Below are positions 48,737 to 62,660 of a stretch of 64,000 nt of DNA, in pieces; the stretch's first letter is position 1, and each line of letters begins with the position of its first letter. The stretch covers positions 82,028,001 through 82,092,000 of the forward strand of contig CM059432.1 in NCBI GenBank assembly GCA_030390025.1, written 5' to 3'. Origin of the DNA: Squalus acanthias. Its lineage: Eukaryota. The position numbers were made by a program, and so were the translations under genes. Below the pieces are notes generated by a model. The model made no database searches, had not been told where the DNA came from, and saw only the letters and a list, made by a program, of their open reading frames with translations.

Positions 48737-50380
48737 TTTTTTTATTCGTTCATGGGATCTGGGTGTCGCTGGCAGGGCCAGCAATATTGCCCATCCCTAG
48801 TTGCCCTTGAGAAGGTGGTGGTGAGCTGCCTTCTTGAACCGCTGCAGTCCGTGTGGTGAAGGTACTCCCACAGTGCTGTTAGGGAGGGAGTTCCAGGATT
48901 TTGACCCAGTGACGATGAAGGAACGGCGATATACTTCTAAGTCAGGATGATGTGTGACTTGGAGGGGAACTTGGAGGTGGTGGTGTTCCCATGCGCCTGC
49001 TGCCCTTGTCCTTCTAGGTGGAAGAGCTTGCGGGTTTGGGAGGTGCTGCCGAAGAAGCCTTGGCGAGTTGCTGCAGTGTATCTTGTAGATGGTACACACT
49101 GCAGCCACGGTACGCTGGTGGTGGAGGGAGTGAATATTTAAGGTGGTGGATGGGGTGCCAATCAAGCGGGCTGCTTTGTCCTGGATGGTATCGAGCTTCT
49201 TGAGTGTTGTTGGAGCTGCACTCATCCAGGCAAGTGGAGAGTATTCCCTCACACTCCTGACTTGTGCCTTGTAGATGGTGGAAAGGCTTTGGGGAGTCAG
49301 GAGGTGAGACACTCGCCGCAGAATACCCAGCCTCTGACCTGCTCTTGTTGCCACAGTATTTATGTGGCTGGTCCAGTTAAGTTTCTGGTCAATGGTGACC
49401 CCCAGGATGTTGATGGTGGGGGATTCGGTGATGGTAATGCCGTTGAATGTCATGGGGCGGTGGTTAGACTCTCTCTTGTTGGAGATAGTCATTGCCTGGC
49501 ACTTCTGTGGTGCGAATGTTACCTGCCACTTATCAGCCCAAGCCTGAATGTCGTCCAGGTCTTGTTGCATCTGGGCATGGACTGTTTCATTATCTGAGGA
49601 GTTGTGAATGGCACTGAACACTGTGCAGTCATCAGCGAACATCCCCATTTCTGACTTTATGTTGGAGGGAAGGTCATTGATGAAGCAGCTGAAGATGGTT
49701 GGGCTTAGGACACTGCCCTGAGGAACTCCTGCAGCGATGTCCTGGGGCTGAGATGATTGACCTTTAACCATCACAACCATCTTCCTTTGTGCTAGGTATG
49801 ACTCCAGCCAGTGGAGAGTTTTCCCCCCTGATTCCCATTGACTTCAGTTTTACTAGGGCTCCTTGATGCCACACTCGGTCAAATGCTGCCTTGATGTTGA
49901 GGGCAGTCACTCTCACCTCACCTCTGGAATTCAGCTCCTTTGTCCATGTTTGGACCAAGGCTGTAATGAGGTCGGGAGCCGAGTGGTCTTGGCGGAACCC
50001 AAACTGGGCATCAGTGAGCAGGTTATTGGTGAGTAAGTGCCACTTGATAGCACTGTCGACGACACCTTCCATCACTTTGCTGATGATTGAGAATTGACTG
50101 ATGGGGCGGTAATTGGCCGGATTGGATTTGTCCTGCTTTTTGTGGACAGGACATACCTGGGCAGTTTTCCACATTGTCGGATAGATGCCAGTGTTGTAGC
50201 CGTAATGGAACAGCTTGGCTAGAGGCGCGGCTAGTTCTGGAGCACAAGTCTTCAGCACGACAGCTGGGATGTTTTCGGGGCCCATAGCCTTTGTGCTCTG
50301 CCGTTTCTTGATATCACGTGGAGTGAATCGAGTTGACTGAAGACTGGCTTCTATGATGGTGGGGACCTCAGGAGGAGGCC
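48737..50380 (-). mobile_element. CR1-clade LINE (family 2), RT to 3' end, inserted in a SINE
   Basis: ORFs 49764-50417 and 48797-49780 joined by one frameshift: [47 protein letters not shown]. Confidence 0.9.
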
Positions 50381-51768
50381 AATAAAGCATCCCCCAGTAC
50401 ATCAGCCAAGTGCCCATTCTTTGTGTGTGAGCCTTTACTATGAGTGTTGGCAGACTTTTTGACCAAGGGGGGAATTTCCTCAGTTCATTCCTGTCTTCAC
50501 CAAATATTCACACATATGCGCTTTCCAGCAGGTATCAGTGGATAGCTATCAGGAGTTGGAACTCTGGCTGACTCACCCCATTCCCTAAGCACGAAGTGTC
50601 AGTATCACTGAGTGGGACCTGTATATAGGTGTATCAGTACCAATGCTTGAGACCTGCATTTTGGAGCATCATCATTCAGCTGAGGGCTTTTGTGGTGCTC
50701 TGACTGCTGGCCTGGCTGAGATCAGCTAGCCAGCACAGTTTGTGGCTCAAATCCGGAACTTCCTGGTCTGTGTGCCTTTGTGCTGCAGCGAACAGTGCAT
50801 TTACTCACTCACCTTTAAGGGAGCCTCAATTGCATCCCTGTTATAAAAATAGGTAAAACATTGCTGAACCCATTAACAAGTGTTAATTATAACATATTCA
50901 GAAAATGTAACTCTTAAGGGAATCCCCCAAGCTCGATCCTGTACTCACCACACATTCACACGTGCACTTTCCAGCAGGAGTCAGTGAATCGCAATCTGCA
51001 GTGGGATTGCTGACTGAATGGTGCATATCATTATTATGCATGTACTGAAAGTGAAAGAGTCCCTTTGAGCATGAAAAGCTGAAAACATGCCTAGGACTCT
51101 TCATTACTGCCTTTTTCCAACTGCATTTTCTTTTTGTTTAAACAAAAGCCTCCCATTGGTGGTGTTTATCCAAAATTTGGAACTATCACTTTGCTTAATA
51201 ATGTTCATCAATAAATATTTGTCCAAAGGGACTATGCAGTATACGCGTTTAATTATCATAAGCTTAAGACAGAAAAGATACATGTTAACATATAGGGTTT
51301 CTAATGCATTCCTAGTGTAAAATGACAAAAACACTAATTGTTTTTAGAATCAGCTCCCTTGATTGGTGGAGGGGGAGGGGGAGGGGGGTCGGCGGGTGGC
51401 CTCCTTTCATTTTCAGTGCATGTTTAGTAATGATATGCACTATTCATACTATCTCATAATTTGCCTGTGGCAGAAGCTGAGGAATGGCGTGGCACATGCA
51501 GCAGACGCATGGCCTAGAATATATACAGCACATTCAGTAATGTGCTTTAACTAGGTGACTAGATGTTGTTTTGAGTAACATAAAGCCTACAAATATTGTA
51601 GAATTATTTGAAAGAGGCAGCCTAACTGTGCCCCAAAGAAGTCATCAAGGATGCTTCATCAGTTTGCATTCTGTTCGGTTATTATTTGAATTTGATGAAT
51701 TTTTGTGCTCTTCAGTAGAGGGGGTCTTAGGGCTGGGAAATTAAACATTTTCCTATTTTAGACTTCCT

Positions 51769-52136
51769 GGGCTGGATTCTCCTCTTCTTGACAGGGTATC
51801 GATGGGGTGGGACTTCACCGATCACTATGATCCTGCTGTTACCCCAACCTATTTTCCTGGGTTGGGATCATTTGTTATGAAGGGTAGGAACCTACCACAA
51901 CAAGGCTGCAAAATTTTGACAGTGCTGAGACTGAGGCCTAAAAAGCTATGCGTATTGGGCCAATATGGAGGGAGAGGAACCTACTACCAGGCCTTCTCCC
52001 TCCATCCTGCAATTTAGGGTGCTTACTACACCAGGGACTACCACCACCTTTCCCCTGATGTTGTTTTGGATTGATGGAGACAGCAGTGGTAAACAGCAGT
52101 GAGTAAAGGATGGGACAGCAGAGGAAATTCCAGCCC
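51769..52136. mobile_element. Old Harbinger-like MITE
   Basis: GGGCTGGATTCTCCTCT...AGAGGAAATTCCAGCCC imperfect TIR. Confidence 0.5.
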
Positions 52137-52767
52137 CAATGTCAGTGTGAGGCACTCACAGATCAGGTGTAATATAGTTAGATGCAGATTAAAGCTCCCT
52201 TACTCTGCCCTAACACTGACTCAGCATCAACCTCAAAGATCACTTCTCACTTCACCAGTGTGACATTTTCCATCTGTCGTATCTCTGGGTGAAACTGCCA
52301 ATTCAGTGCTTGTTAGAGGTACTTTTGTGTTGTGTATAGGGCCTGCAAAATCTCCATGTAAGGAAAACAGTGTAAAAAAAAAACCTAGCATGTGTTATAA
52401 AGCAGCTCCACCAGCAAATCCTGTGATAGAAACCAAAATAGAAAAACTTTGCAGACACAAATGTCATGTAAAGGCTCCACAGATTTGCCATGAGATGGGT
52501 TGGACTGCCTACCATTTCCTTTTTTCTGATTAAACCTGCCCACATACCCTCGCAAGCAATAAAACTGAGATGAAGATACAATAGAGGCCAAATTCAAACC
52601 AGTTTTCTTCATAACCTAAGCTTGACATTAAAATTTCAATTCTCATGCATGAGACAAACCATCTGCAGTTTTTCCTCATGTCATTTTACTTGTAGCATAT
52701 TATAGATCAGATAAATTACTGAATAATCTTTCTAGAATTAAAATGTGGCAATGTAAAGGGGTGCAAG

Positions 52768-53190
52768 CAACAACAACTTACATTTATACAGCGTATTAAA
52801 TATAGGAAAATGTCCCATAATGCTTCATCAGAAAGATTTGACGCAAAGCCAAAGAAGGAGATATTAGGAGGGTGACAAAAAGCTTGATCAAAACGGTGGG
52901 TTTTAAGAATTGACTTAAAGGAGGAGAGGGATGTTGCGATGCAGAGATGTTTAGGGAGGGAATTCCAGAGCTTAGGGCCTAGACGGCTGAAGGCACAGCC
53001 ACCGATGGTGGGGCGAAAGATGGGGGATGCGCAATAGAGCAGAGTTGGAGGAAACCAGAGTTCTCAGGGGATTGTGGGGCTAGAGAAGGTTACAGAGATA
53101 GGGAGGGCAAGGCCATGAATGGATTTGAACATGAGGATGAGAAATTTAAATCGGGGGCATTGGGGGACTGGGAGCCAATCACAAGGATGA
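52768..53190 (-). mobile_element. L2 3' fragment
   Basis: CAACAACTTACATTTATACAGCG... reverse complement of the L2 tail at 34500-34826. Confidence 0.8.
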
Positions 53191-54029
53191 TGGTTAAAGG
53201 ATACAGCAATGGCTAAGATGAAATCAGACTATGTATGTGAAATTAGCATACAAACACTATTTATAACAAAGATATTAACTCACTGAATTTGATCAGGTTA
53301 CATCGTCATTAAAACAGCAGTCAAACAATTCCATAGGAATGCATCAATGCATCGCCCAGCATGATTTCACCACAGAAAGTTGCTCAGAATTCCCTGCCTT
53401 GATTTTTATGAGACTTAAAATATATTAAACATGCTTAATTATATTCTTCATTTGGGAAATCTAATGAAATTCCGCAATGTACGGAGACATGATATTTGTT
53501 TAGTTTTGCAGTGCTGAGCTGACCTTTGGTTAGATATGGCAGTTTCAGATTGCCACTCTGAGCATTACTGAGAGAATTACATAGCAGTTAAACTTCTTTC
53601 ATTCCTTTCTGTCCTAACAAAGCACAATTCAGCCCCCAGGAAAATGAAGTTGTATTTTCACAGTATCAGTAAGGATTTCATAAATCTTTTGTGATATTAT
53701 TTCTCTATTCTTGATACAGTAATGCAAGGCCTTAGAGGATAGTTTTCTTATCTGTGATAAATATATTCACTTCATAGATATTATTGTTAATTTTTGCTGT
53801 AGTTTGTAACCATGAAGCAATATGGCCTCAGATTGTAGAGGTGCTCCAAAACTATTGCAAAAAGTCCCTTCTCCAATCTTTAACTAGCATTTTCAAAATT
53901 GAGTGCATGGTTATAACAGATCAGTCCAATACAGTGTGTAAATTGCATTACAATGGTACAGTACTTGGCATAATAAGAGCTAATTGTGCCATTTGAACTT
54001 TGCAATCATTACACAAAAGGGAAAATAGG

Positions 54030-56795
54030 TGCGGCAAAGTGTTTATGGTATTGGACTAGTAATCAGGAGGTCAGGAGTTGAAATCCCACAGTGGCAAGTT
54101 GTGAAATTAAATAAAATAAATCTGGTCATTTGTGGGCTACCACCAGGAAAATAACAATGAAAGCTTCAAGATTGTTATCAAAACCCAACTGTTTGATTAA
54201 TGCCCTATGGGGAAGCAAGCCTGTCATCCTTACCTGGTCTAGGCTATGTGGTCAACTACATGCTTAACTCTTAATGTCCTCTGAAGTGACCTAGCAAGGC
54301 ACTCGATTGTAAACAATCGCGACAAAGTTCACTAATAAGAAGAAAATAGGATGGGCCTATTGGAAACATTCCAGGCATCATATCAGGGTAAGACTAAGGC
54401 AGTTTCCCTGCAAAGTCATCCTCACCAGCATTTGGGGGCTGGTGCCCAAGTTGGGAGAGTTGTCCCACAGCCTGACATAGTTGTACTCATAGAATCATTG
54501 CAGCCATCATCCCAGACTCTTCCATCACCATCCCTGGGATGTCCTGTCTCACCGGCAGGCTAGACCCACCAGAGGTGAGGGTACAGTGTTTACAGTCAGG
54601 TGAGAATGGCCCAGGGAGTGCTCAGCATTAGCTCTGGACACCGTGAAGTCTTCAGGTCAAACAAGGCCAAAGAAACCTCCTGCTGATCACCACATGCCAT
54701 CTTCCCTCAACTGATGAGCCATGTTGAACATCACTGGGAAGAAGCTATGAGGGAAGAAAGGACACAGGGATTTTAATGTGCACCACCAAGAGTGGCTCAG
54801 TAGTGCCAGACTGAACCAACACAAGTAAGTAACCTACATGTCAGCATCCTCCCCAACCAATCTGTTGTAGACGTGTGTCCATGATAGCATTAGCAGAAGT
54901 GATCACCATATAGTCCTTGTGATGACAAAGTCTCATCTTCACCATGAGGGCATCCTTCATCATGTAGTGTGGTGCTACCACCATGCTATGTGGGATAGAC
55001 TAAGGACAGATCTAGCAGCCCAAAACTGGGCATCCATGAAGCACTGTGGGCCATCAACAGCAGCAGAATAGTATACCATTACAACTTGTGACCTCATGGC
55101 CAAGCACATCCTTCACTCTGTGATCACCATCAAGCCAGGAGGCCAACCCTGGTTCAATGGAGACTGTAGAAGGACATGCCAGGAGCAGCACAAAATGCAC
55201 TTTAGAATGAGGTACAAACTTGATGAAGGTACTATACAGGGCTATTTGCATGCTAAATATTCAAAGCAGCAGACTGTAAACAGTGGTTCCATAACCAAAG
55301 GATCAAAGCAAACCTCTGTAGCTTTACCAGTTAAGCATGCTGGTGGACAACCAGGCAACAAACAAAGTGAGGAGGCTCCTTGTACATCCACATCTTTAAT
55401 CATGGTGAAGTCCAGCACATGAGTGCAAGAGACAAGACTGGAGTGTATACAAATGTCTTTAGCTGAAAATACCAAGTGGATGATCCTACTCAGCCGCCTC
55501 TAGGTCACCACCAACATAGATGCAAGAGTCCAGTCAATTCAGCTCACTGCACGTAATATTAAGAAGCAACTGAGTACACTGGGTACAGAAAAGGCTATAG
55601 GCCCAGACAACATCCTGGTAGTGCTGAAAACCTATGCACCAGAACTAGCCACCCCCTAGCCAAACAGTGCAACTTTGACACTGGAATCAACTCGACGATA
55701 TGGAAGTCAAATCCAACCCAACTAATTGCAGTCCTCTCAGCCTCCTCCCAATCATCAGTAAAGTAATGGAAGGAGTCATCAATAGTGCCCTCAAGCAACA
55801 CCTACTTACCAATAATCTGCTCATCAATGCTCAGTTCCAGAACTACTTGGATCTAGACCTCATTGCAGCCTTGATTTAGACATGGACGTAAGAGCTATGT
55901 GCAAGGAGGGAGGTGAGAATACTTGCCCTCAACATCAAAGCCATATTCGACAGAACATGATACCAAGGAACCCTAGTAAATTTGGTCACTGCTGGATACA
56001 TCATAATCCCTCCAATAGCTGGAGTCATACCTGACACTAAGGAAGAGTGCTGTGGTTGTCACAATCCAAGAACATCACTGCAGAAATTCCTCAGGGTGGC
56101 ATCCTCAGCCCAATCAACAACTTGCATTTATATAGCATCTTTAACGTAGTAGAACGTCCTAAGATGTTTCACAGGAGCATTATCAAACAAAATTTGACAC
56201 TGAGCCACATAAGGAGATATTAGGACAGGTAACAAAAAGCTTGGTGAATGAGGTAGGTTTCAATGAGTGTCTTAAAGGAGGAGTGAGAGGTAGAGAGAAA
56301 GGGAGGTTTAGGGAGGGAATTCCAGAGCTTAGGGCCCAGGCAGCTGAAGGCAGAGCTGCTGAAAGCAGTCTACTTGATCGGCACCCCATCCACTGGCTTA
56401 AACATCCACTCCATCCACCAGTGGCGCACCGTGGCTGCAGTGTATACTATCTACAGGATGCACTGCAGCAATTCGTCAAGGCTTGTTCGGCAGCACCTAC
56501 CAAACCTGCGACCTCCACCACCTAGAAGGGAAAGAGCAGCAGGCGCATGGGTACACCATCACCTCCAAGATCCCCACCAAGTCACACACCATCCCAACTT
56601 GGACATATATTGCCGTTCCTTCATTGTCGCTGGGTCACAATCCTAGAAGTCCCTACCTAATAGCATTGTGGAAGCACCTTCAACACACGGACTGCAGTGG
56701 TACAAGAAGAAGGCCCATCACCACCTTTTCAAGGGCAACTAGGAATGGACAATAAATGCTGGCCTTGCCAGCGACGCTCACATCCCAAGAATGAT
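54030..56795 (+). mobile_element. Decayed near full-length CR1-clade LINE (family 2) with tRNA-like head; L2 tail inserted at ~56115-56352
   Basis: Head as at 30290; APE motifs (QPDIVVLIES, GDFNVHH-like, SDH); RT remnants; same 3' tail. Confidence 0.75.
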
Positions 56796-56814
56796 CGTGC
56801 CCCTATGATAGGAT

Positions 56815-57275
56815 TCAGTATCCATCCCTTCCACCACCGGCGCACTGCAGTATAGACAATCTACAGGATGCACTACAGCAACTCACCAATGTTACTTCAA
56901 CAGTACTTCCATCCCCTGTGAACTCTGCCACCGAGAAGGACAACAGCAGCAATGTCATGGGAATGCCATCACCTCCAAGTTCCTCTCTATGTCAAACACC
57001 ATCCTAATTTGGATGTATAACGCTATTGCTTCAGTGTCATTGAGTCAAAATCCTGCAATTCCTACATTACAACAGTGACTGCACTTTAAAAGTACTTCAT
57101 TAGCTCATAAGCACTTTGGGACGTCCTGAGACATGAAAGGCGCTATATAAATGCAAGTCTTTTTATTCCCAACCTAGCGGTTCAAGGAGAAGTCTCAGCA
57201 CCACCATATCAGGGCAACTGGTGATGGGCGATAAAGCGGCCTTGCCCACGTCACCCACTTCCCAAGAACACATAA
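56815..57275 (+). mobile_element. Second, older 3' fragment of LINE family 2, split by a Deu-SINE tail (57055-57165)
   Basis: Repeats the 56400-56790 sequence with divergence. Confidence 0.7.
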
Positions 57276-59197
57276 AAAATTGGCATTTTAATGTAGAGGA
57301 GGTTGCAGTAGAATTTGTAAAATAACTAAAATGGAAGTCAGTAGCATTCATGGTCCCAAAAAGGGCATCAGTTAATAATTTACATCACAATAGCTCTTCT
57401 GTTTCCTGTATCATCTACAGATAATCCTAACTTTAAAAATGATAATCCTCACATTTAAATTTATTCCTTTAAATTGGCACTTTGTTGTGGGCAAAGAAAA
57501 AGGGATTTTTTTTTACTAAACTGAGGAGGTTTATAATAACGGTTTAGTTAAAGCATTTTCTTTGATCTTGCACACAAGTAAAATATCCCTCACCCCTGCC
57601 CCTGCTCCATCTGGAAACCCCCACACAAACTTGCATGGGACTGCTTACTGAAGTTGTAGGGAAAAGTCATTCCAGTAGATTTTGTTCCAACTTCACAAAA
57701 CTTGTGCAGCTAATTTTTTTTTAAATTAAAGATCATACAGCATGAAAGCGAGACAGACATAGTTTGTGCAAAAATGAAGTCAGCAAATTACATTGTGGGA
57801 GTACAAATATTTTGAAATTGGAGCTATAAAATGCTACCCTGCACTTAACCTAGATCATCTCCATAAATGTTGCTTCAATTTAAAAAAAATCTTTTAGAAT
57901 GATAATTACATAACAATATTAATATTTACAGAACAGCTCCATGGACCTCTTCATCCCATCCATTTTGCACTCCAAACAAGTTATCATGGTTGATGTTACC
58001 TCAATGTTTGCTCTGTAACACTGTTGTCCTCTCAGGTCAATTTTGTTTTTTTTCTTTCCGTTTTCTTTCAATCACTGCTGAGTATTTGCTGTTTTAGCAG
58101 CATGTCTACTCCATTGTTTGCTAAAGGAAATAGAGGCAATACAGAGCTCCACAGGGACTAGGAGCCTGGTTCTGGCAATTCAGTGACAATTTACTGCCTT
58201 TCAAACATATGTACGGTTGGCTTATATGAAAGAGAGTCAGGAAGACCTGATTACTTCTAGATAATGAAGGTAAATAAAATGGAGAACATATTAAATATTT
58301 CTAAATTCCTGCCCTCACTGTGGAAACTATTAATATTTTGTGCTGTCCACCCCATTGAATTAATATTGAACCCTGGAATTTTCAGGTGGCAGTCAGTCAC
58401 TTTAAGAGGAAGTCTGTTATTTTTTATTGTGTATTCTATTTATACAAATATGCATGGTGATTTTTGTAAAACTACAAACAATTTTTAAATGTTTTAAAAT
58501 GTAATTTTAAGGAGAATTACTACAAGCCCAGAATGTGGTTTAACTGTGTTTTGTGATGCTTCTTTCCAGAAGTGACTATAACCATTTTGAAAACCCCAGA
58601 AATAAATATTAATTTAATGTAGCTGCCTCTGGCTGAAATATTAGTACTTTCATCAATGAGGCCAGGAACTCAGTATGCAACTTAATATAAAATCTGTGCT
58701 GGGTGCTGTCAGGTAGTATATCATAGTATAGTGTAGAAGGGTTATACTAAATATAACATTGTGGAACCACAAATATTTTAAAAATGGAGCTATAAAGTGC
58801 CACTCCAAACTTGCCCTACATCTCTCCATAAATGTAGGTTCATACTTTGAGGGATTATAATGATGAATATTCACAATTTTGACAATTTGAATCAGCAGCA
58901 GAATTGGGCACAGTACATATATACTTGCTTCAGGACGCATTTATGACCCAATAAAATTATGCTAGATTAGATATAAAGTGGCGAGATTGCATGTTCCTTT
59001 GTTAAAATAAAAATCCACTAAAGATCCTAACTACAAACATTAAATATTAAATAGCAGTTTGTTGGTTGGCTTAAGTTTGAACTGAGCATGTTTGCAAAAT
59101 TGCTGAAATATACATGCAAACTAAATTTATGTTACATTAGCAAAAACACTGGATCAGCCATGAGGCCACTTGGTTTTTGCCTGTATTATAGTTAAAG

Positions 59198-59650
59198 AAA
59201 GAAAGAACTTGCATTTATATAGCGCCTTTCATGGCCTCAGGATATCCCAATGCACTTTACAGCCAATGAAGCACTATTGAAGCTAAGTCACTGTTGTAAT
59301 ATAGGCAAACTCAACAGCCAATTTGCACACAGCAAGATCCCATAAACAGCAATGAGGTGAATGGCCAGAAAAACTCCTTTTGGTGTTGGTTGAGGGATAA
59401 ATGATGTCCAGGCCACCGACAGATGCTCCCCTCCTCTTCTTTGAATATTGCCACGGATCTTTTACATCCACCTGCGAGAGCAGGCGGGACCGCAGTTTAA
59501 TATTTCATCTGAAAAACTCACCTCTGACAGTGCAGCATTCCCTGAACACTACACTAAAGTGTCAAATCTAGATTCTATGCTCAGGTCTCTAGAGTGGACC
59601 CATGACCTTCTGACTCAGAGGTGTGAGTACTACCACTGAGTTAAAGCTGA
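59198..59650 (-). mobile_element. Full-length Deu-domain SINE
   Basis: Reverse complement of 20271-20720 including the Deu core; (AAAG)n tail. Confidence 0.85.
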
Positions 59651-60469
59651 GTTAAATATTTATTGTTAAATAATTGAACCCATCAAATAATACATGTGGG
59701 CCGAACCAGAAACTCATTCCCATCATTTTCAATTAACCAATTAATCATTTCCAATTGCATCTAACCTTGATCAGTGTGTGGAAAGATGAAACTCATCATC
59801 CAGGAGAGACCTCCACAGGGGTACTGCAGAGCTGCTTTATAATATCCTCACTTCGCTGCAAGGCTTATGTACACTGATTCAAATTGTGATTAGTTTATAT
59901 TAATAAGTGTTCATTTCAACATGTTCTGCTAAATCCTTTATATACATTTGATCTAATGAGAAGCAATTATCTTGAAAAGCTACACAGGGGATTTCTTGAG
60001 TTTTGCACATCTTGAGAGAATGTTCAAACTTTCAATTGGAATAAGTTGGTGCTATATTATCATTCATAAAATTACATAGAATCTACAACACAGAACCAGG
60101 CATTTCGGCCCAACTGGTCTAGCCCGTGCTTATACTCCACGAGGCTCCTCCCACTCTAATTACCTCTTCCCACGCTGCTCATGTATCCCTCTATTCTCCT
60201 CTCCCTCACGTATGCATCAAGCCTTTCCTTGAATGATGATCTGAGGGGGCCTTGCATGGTTTCATAAGTTCATGAGACCGACTTTCATACGATTCATTAT
60301 TTCCCAGTTATTTTATGACATGCTGTCTCATTACATTAGTTTGCATGACCATTGCACTCCTAATAACTGATCCCAAAAAGCCAAGGCCTTGACGTGGAAC
60401 ACTACTCAAATTTAAAGTTACAGCGGGACAGACTTATTTCCAACCAGGTGCCTGAAAACACCAAAGGTC

Positions 60470-60830
60470 ATCCAATGGCTTAATCGGTAAATGCATTACC
60501 CAGTGTGAAAACAAAGACCAGGATTAACTACCAGGAACTCAGCAGGGGGGCAGCAATTGTGCTGAGCACCTCTGGGCTTCAAAGGGGAAGAATTACCAAG
60601 GGCTCTCACTCCTGATTGCTATCCATTTCCTCATGCTGGGTGGGTGGATGTGAGGTGAAGGTGAGGCTTGAGGATCTTCTTCATGATCGAGCAGCTTGCC
60701 AGTACTCACTGTTTAGGTTCACACGTGAAGGATAAACACTTATACAGGGTACTAGAGAGCAGCTGGCTTGAATGGAACCATACTCAAGCAAAAGTCAGCA
60801 TCCTCAGGGGAGAACAGGAGAAAATTGTAG
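60470..60830 (+). mobile_element. Decayed tRNA-derived SINE (second family)
   Basis: TGGCTTAATCGGTAAATGC head; CTCCTGATTGCTATCCA; CTCACTGTTTAGGTTCACAC; GGAGAAAATTG end. Confidence 0.55.
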
Positions 60831-61514
60831 GGACGGGCAATTGGCACTTGCACCTTGCAATTGCAATGCAGCATATTTCATTTTAGGCATTAGTGCTGTC
60901 ACCATTGCTGCAAGTCCCACTAAAGCCCTAGAATGCCATCAGAGGTGAATGCCATTTTGAAAACTTTCTAATAATGCCCAGAGATTGTATTAAAACACAG
61001 CACATTGTGTGGAATGATCAATAATGCCAGGTTTCAGTCCTTTCCGTGTTTCCTGCCCACATATGCTGGAGACTGTGTAGATAGTTTTAGCAGAAAAGAG
61101 GGATTTGGAATGTTTTGCACTAAGCATTGTTCAGACAGTCTCTGGTGGACTGCTTTGTGAATAGGTGCTTTACCTCATTTGGGTTAATTATATTCATCTG
61201 CTTAATAGGACATTTCTCTTTGAAATGTAGTTTCCCAAGAGGAAGGAATTACATGGTGTGAAAATTAGAAATAAATGATGGATTAAGAATTTAAACAATG
61301 TGATTAATTCTTTGAGGAAGCTTCAGTTTCTAATAACCAGGCAAGTTTTTCATCACAAATGTAAATTTCTATTCCAGGGGCTTTTAAAATTTCAAGTTTT
61401 TATTGAATCATAAGCAGGCCTTACCCCCAAGATCTAGAAGCTGTCCCCTTTGCAGAACTGTGCGACACAAAGATAACAAATACCCTACTTTCAATAATCT
61501 TTTTAATAGACTTT

Positions 61515-62163
61515 GGGGGAGAAATTCCCCATGAGGGCCATTTCAGGGCACTAAGTCAAAAATGTTTGAAAAGTTAGCACCAGGTGCAAACCTTTAAGAA
61601 ATATCCAATTTTTTGCTCCGAGAGCGAAGTGGGGGGCTAAATCAAGTGCTCCACTTGCCTCTTGGAGCGCAAGAGGCCGGGAATGTCCTGATCCAGGGCG
61701 ATGTGCTCAGCAGTGCCACGTGTGGCCATACGTGGCGCTGCCGCATTGCAGGGGCCCTTCCCTCAATTAAAGGGAAGGGCTCTCCGCTGCGAGCTCTGCA
61801 TTTTTTTTGACAACTGCTGGAGCACCGGGGTGCGGGAGTGAGTGCCGCGCGATCAGCAGGTTGACCGATCGTGACACTCAGCATCCAATGCTCAGAATTT
61901 TGTTTTTAAATCGGCGATTTTGTTCATGTCGGCCGGCCACCGCGCCTTTAAATGGTGCCCTGTGAGCGGCCGGCCGCACTGTTCGCAACCCCTGCAGCAG
62001 TCGGTAACATCGCCTGGCGCTGCTGTGGGGCGCGAGGGGGAATTTTTCTCCCGAGGCGCTACCGGGGCGCTGCGCCTGGAGATGACGTCATGATCTCTGG
62101 GTGCAGAAGATCAGGGCGATACCTGATAGCGCTGCCGCTAACCTCCCGCGGAATTTCGTCTCT
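61515..62163. mobile_element. GC-rich non-autonomous Harbinger-like element
   Basis: GGGGGAGAAATTCC...GGAATTTCGTCTC termini; CpG-rich body with TGACGTCA. Confidence 0.6.
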
Positions 62164-62570
62164 CCGGCTCTGCAGGATGTAACTGTTACCATCAGGTCTG
62201 TCCTCTCGCTGATCAGTTGGTACTGCAACTTTCTCTTCCCATATGGCTCTACACAGCTGGTGATTGAAATCAATGGATCCTTGTCACAGTACATCTTTCA
62301 TTATAGGGAGCTTTATGGCTGTCTCTGAAGCAGTGAGTTACAGGGAGGTGAACTGTACCACAATGGTACACTAATTGTTCCCATCATAGCTAGTGACACA
62401 TCACTGGAATAATCTTCAAATGTGGCAACAGATGACATTCCTGTAGTTCAAAATCATATCCTTCTGGCCCCAAGATTTATTTCTTAAGCATATAACAAAA
62501 TACTTAATGTTGTTTTCTTATTTAAGAAAACTTAAATAACTTAAAATGAATTTCAATTATATGAATAAAC

Positions 62571-62660
62571 GACGAAGGGTCATCGACCTGAAACGTTAAC
62601 TCTGTTTTTCTCTCTACAAATGCTGCCTGACCTGCTGAGTATTTCCAGCATTTTCTGTTT
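62571..62660 (+). mobile_element. 90-bp Penelope pLTR insertion starting inside the hammerhead core
   Basis: GACGAAGGGTCATCGACCTGAAACGTTAACTC...; perfect 14-bp flanking repeat TTATATGAATAAAC (62557-62570/62661-62674). Confidence 0.8.
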
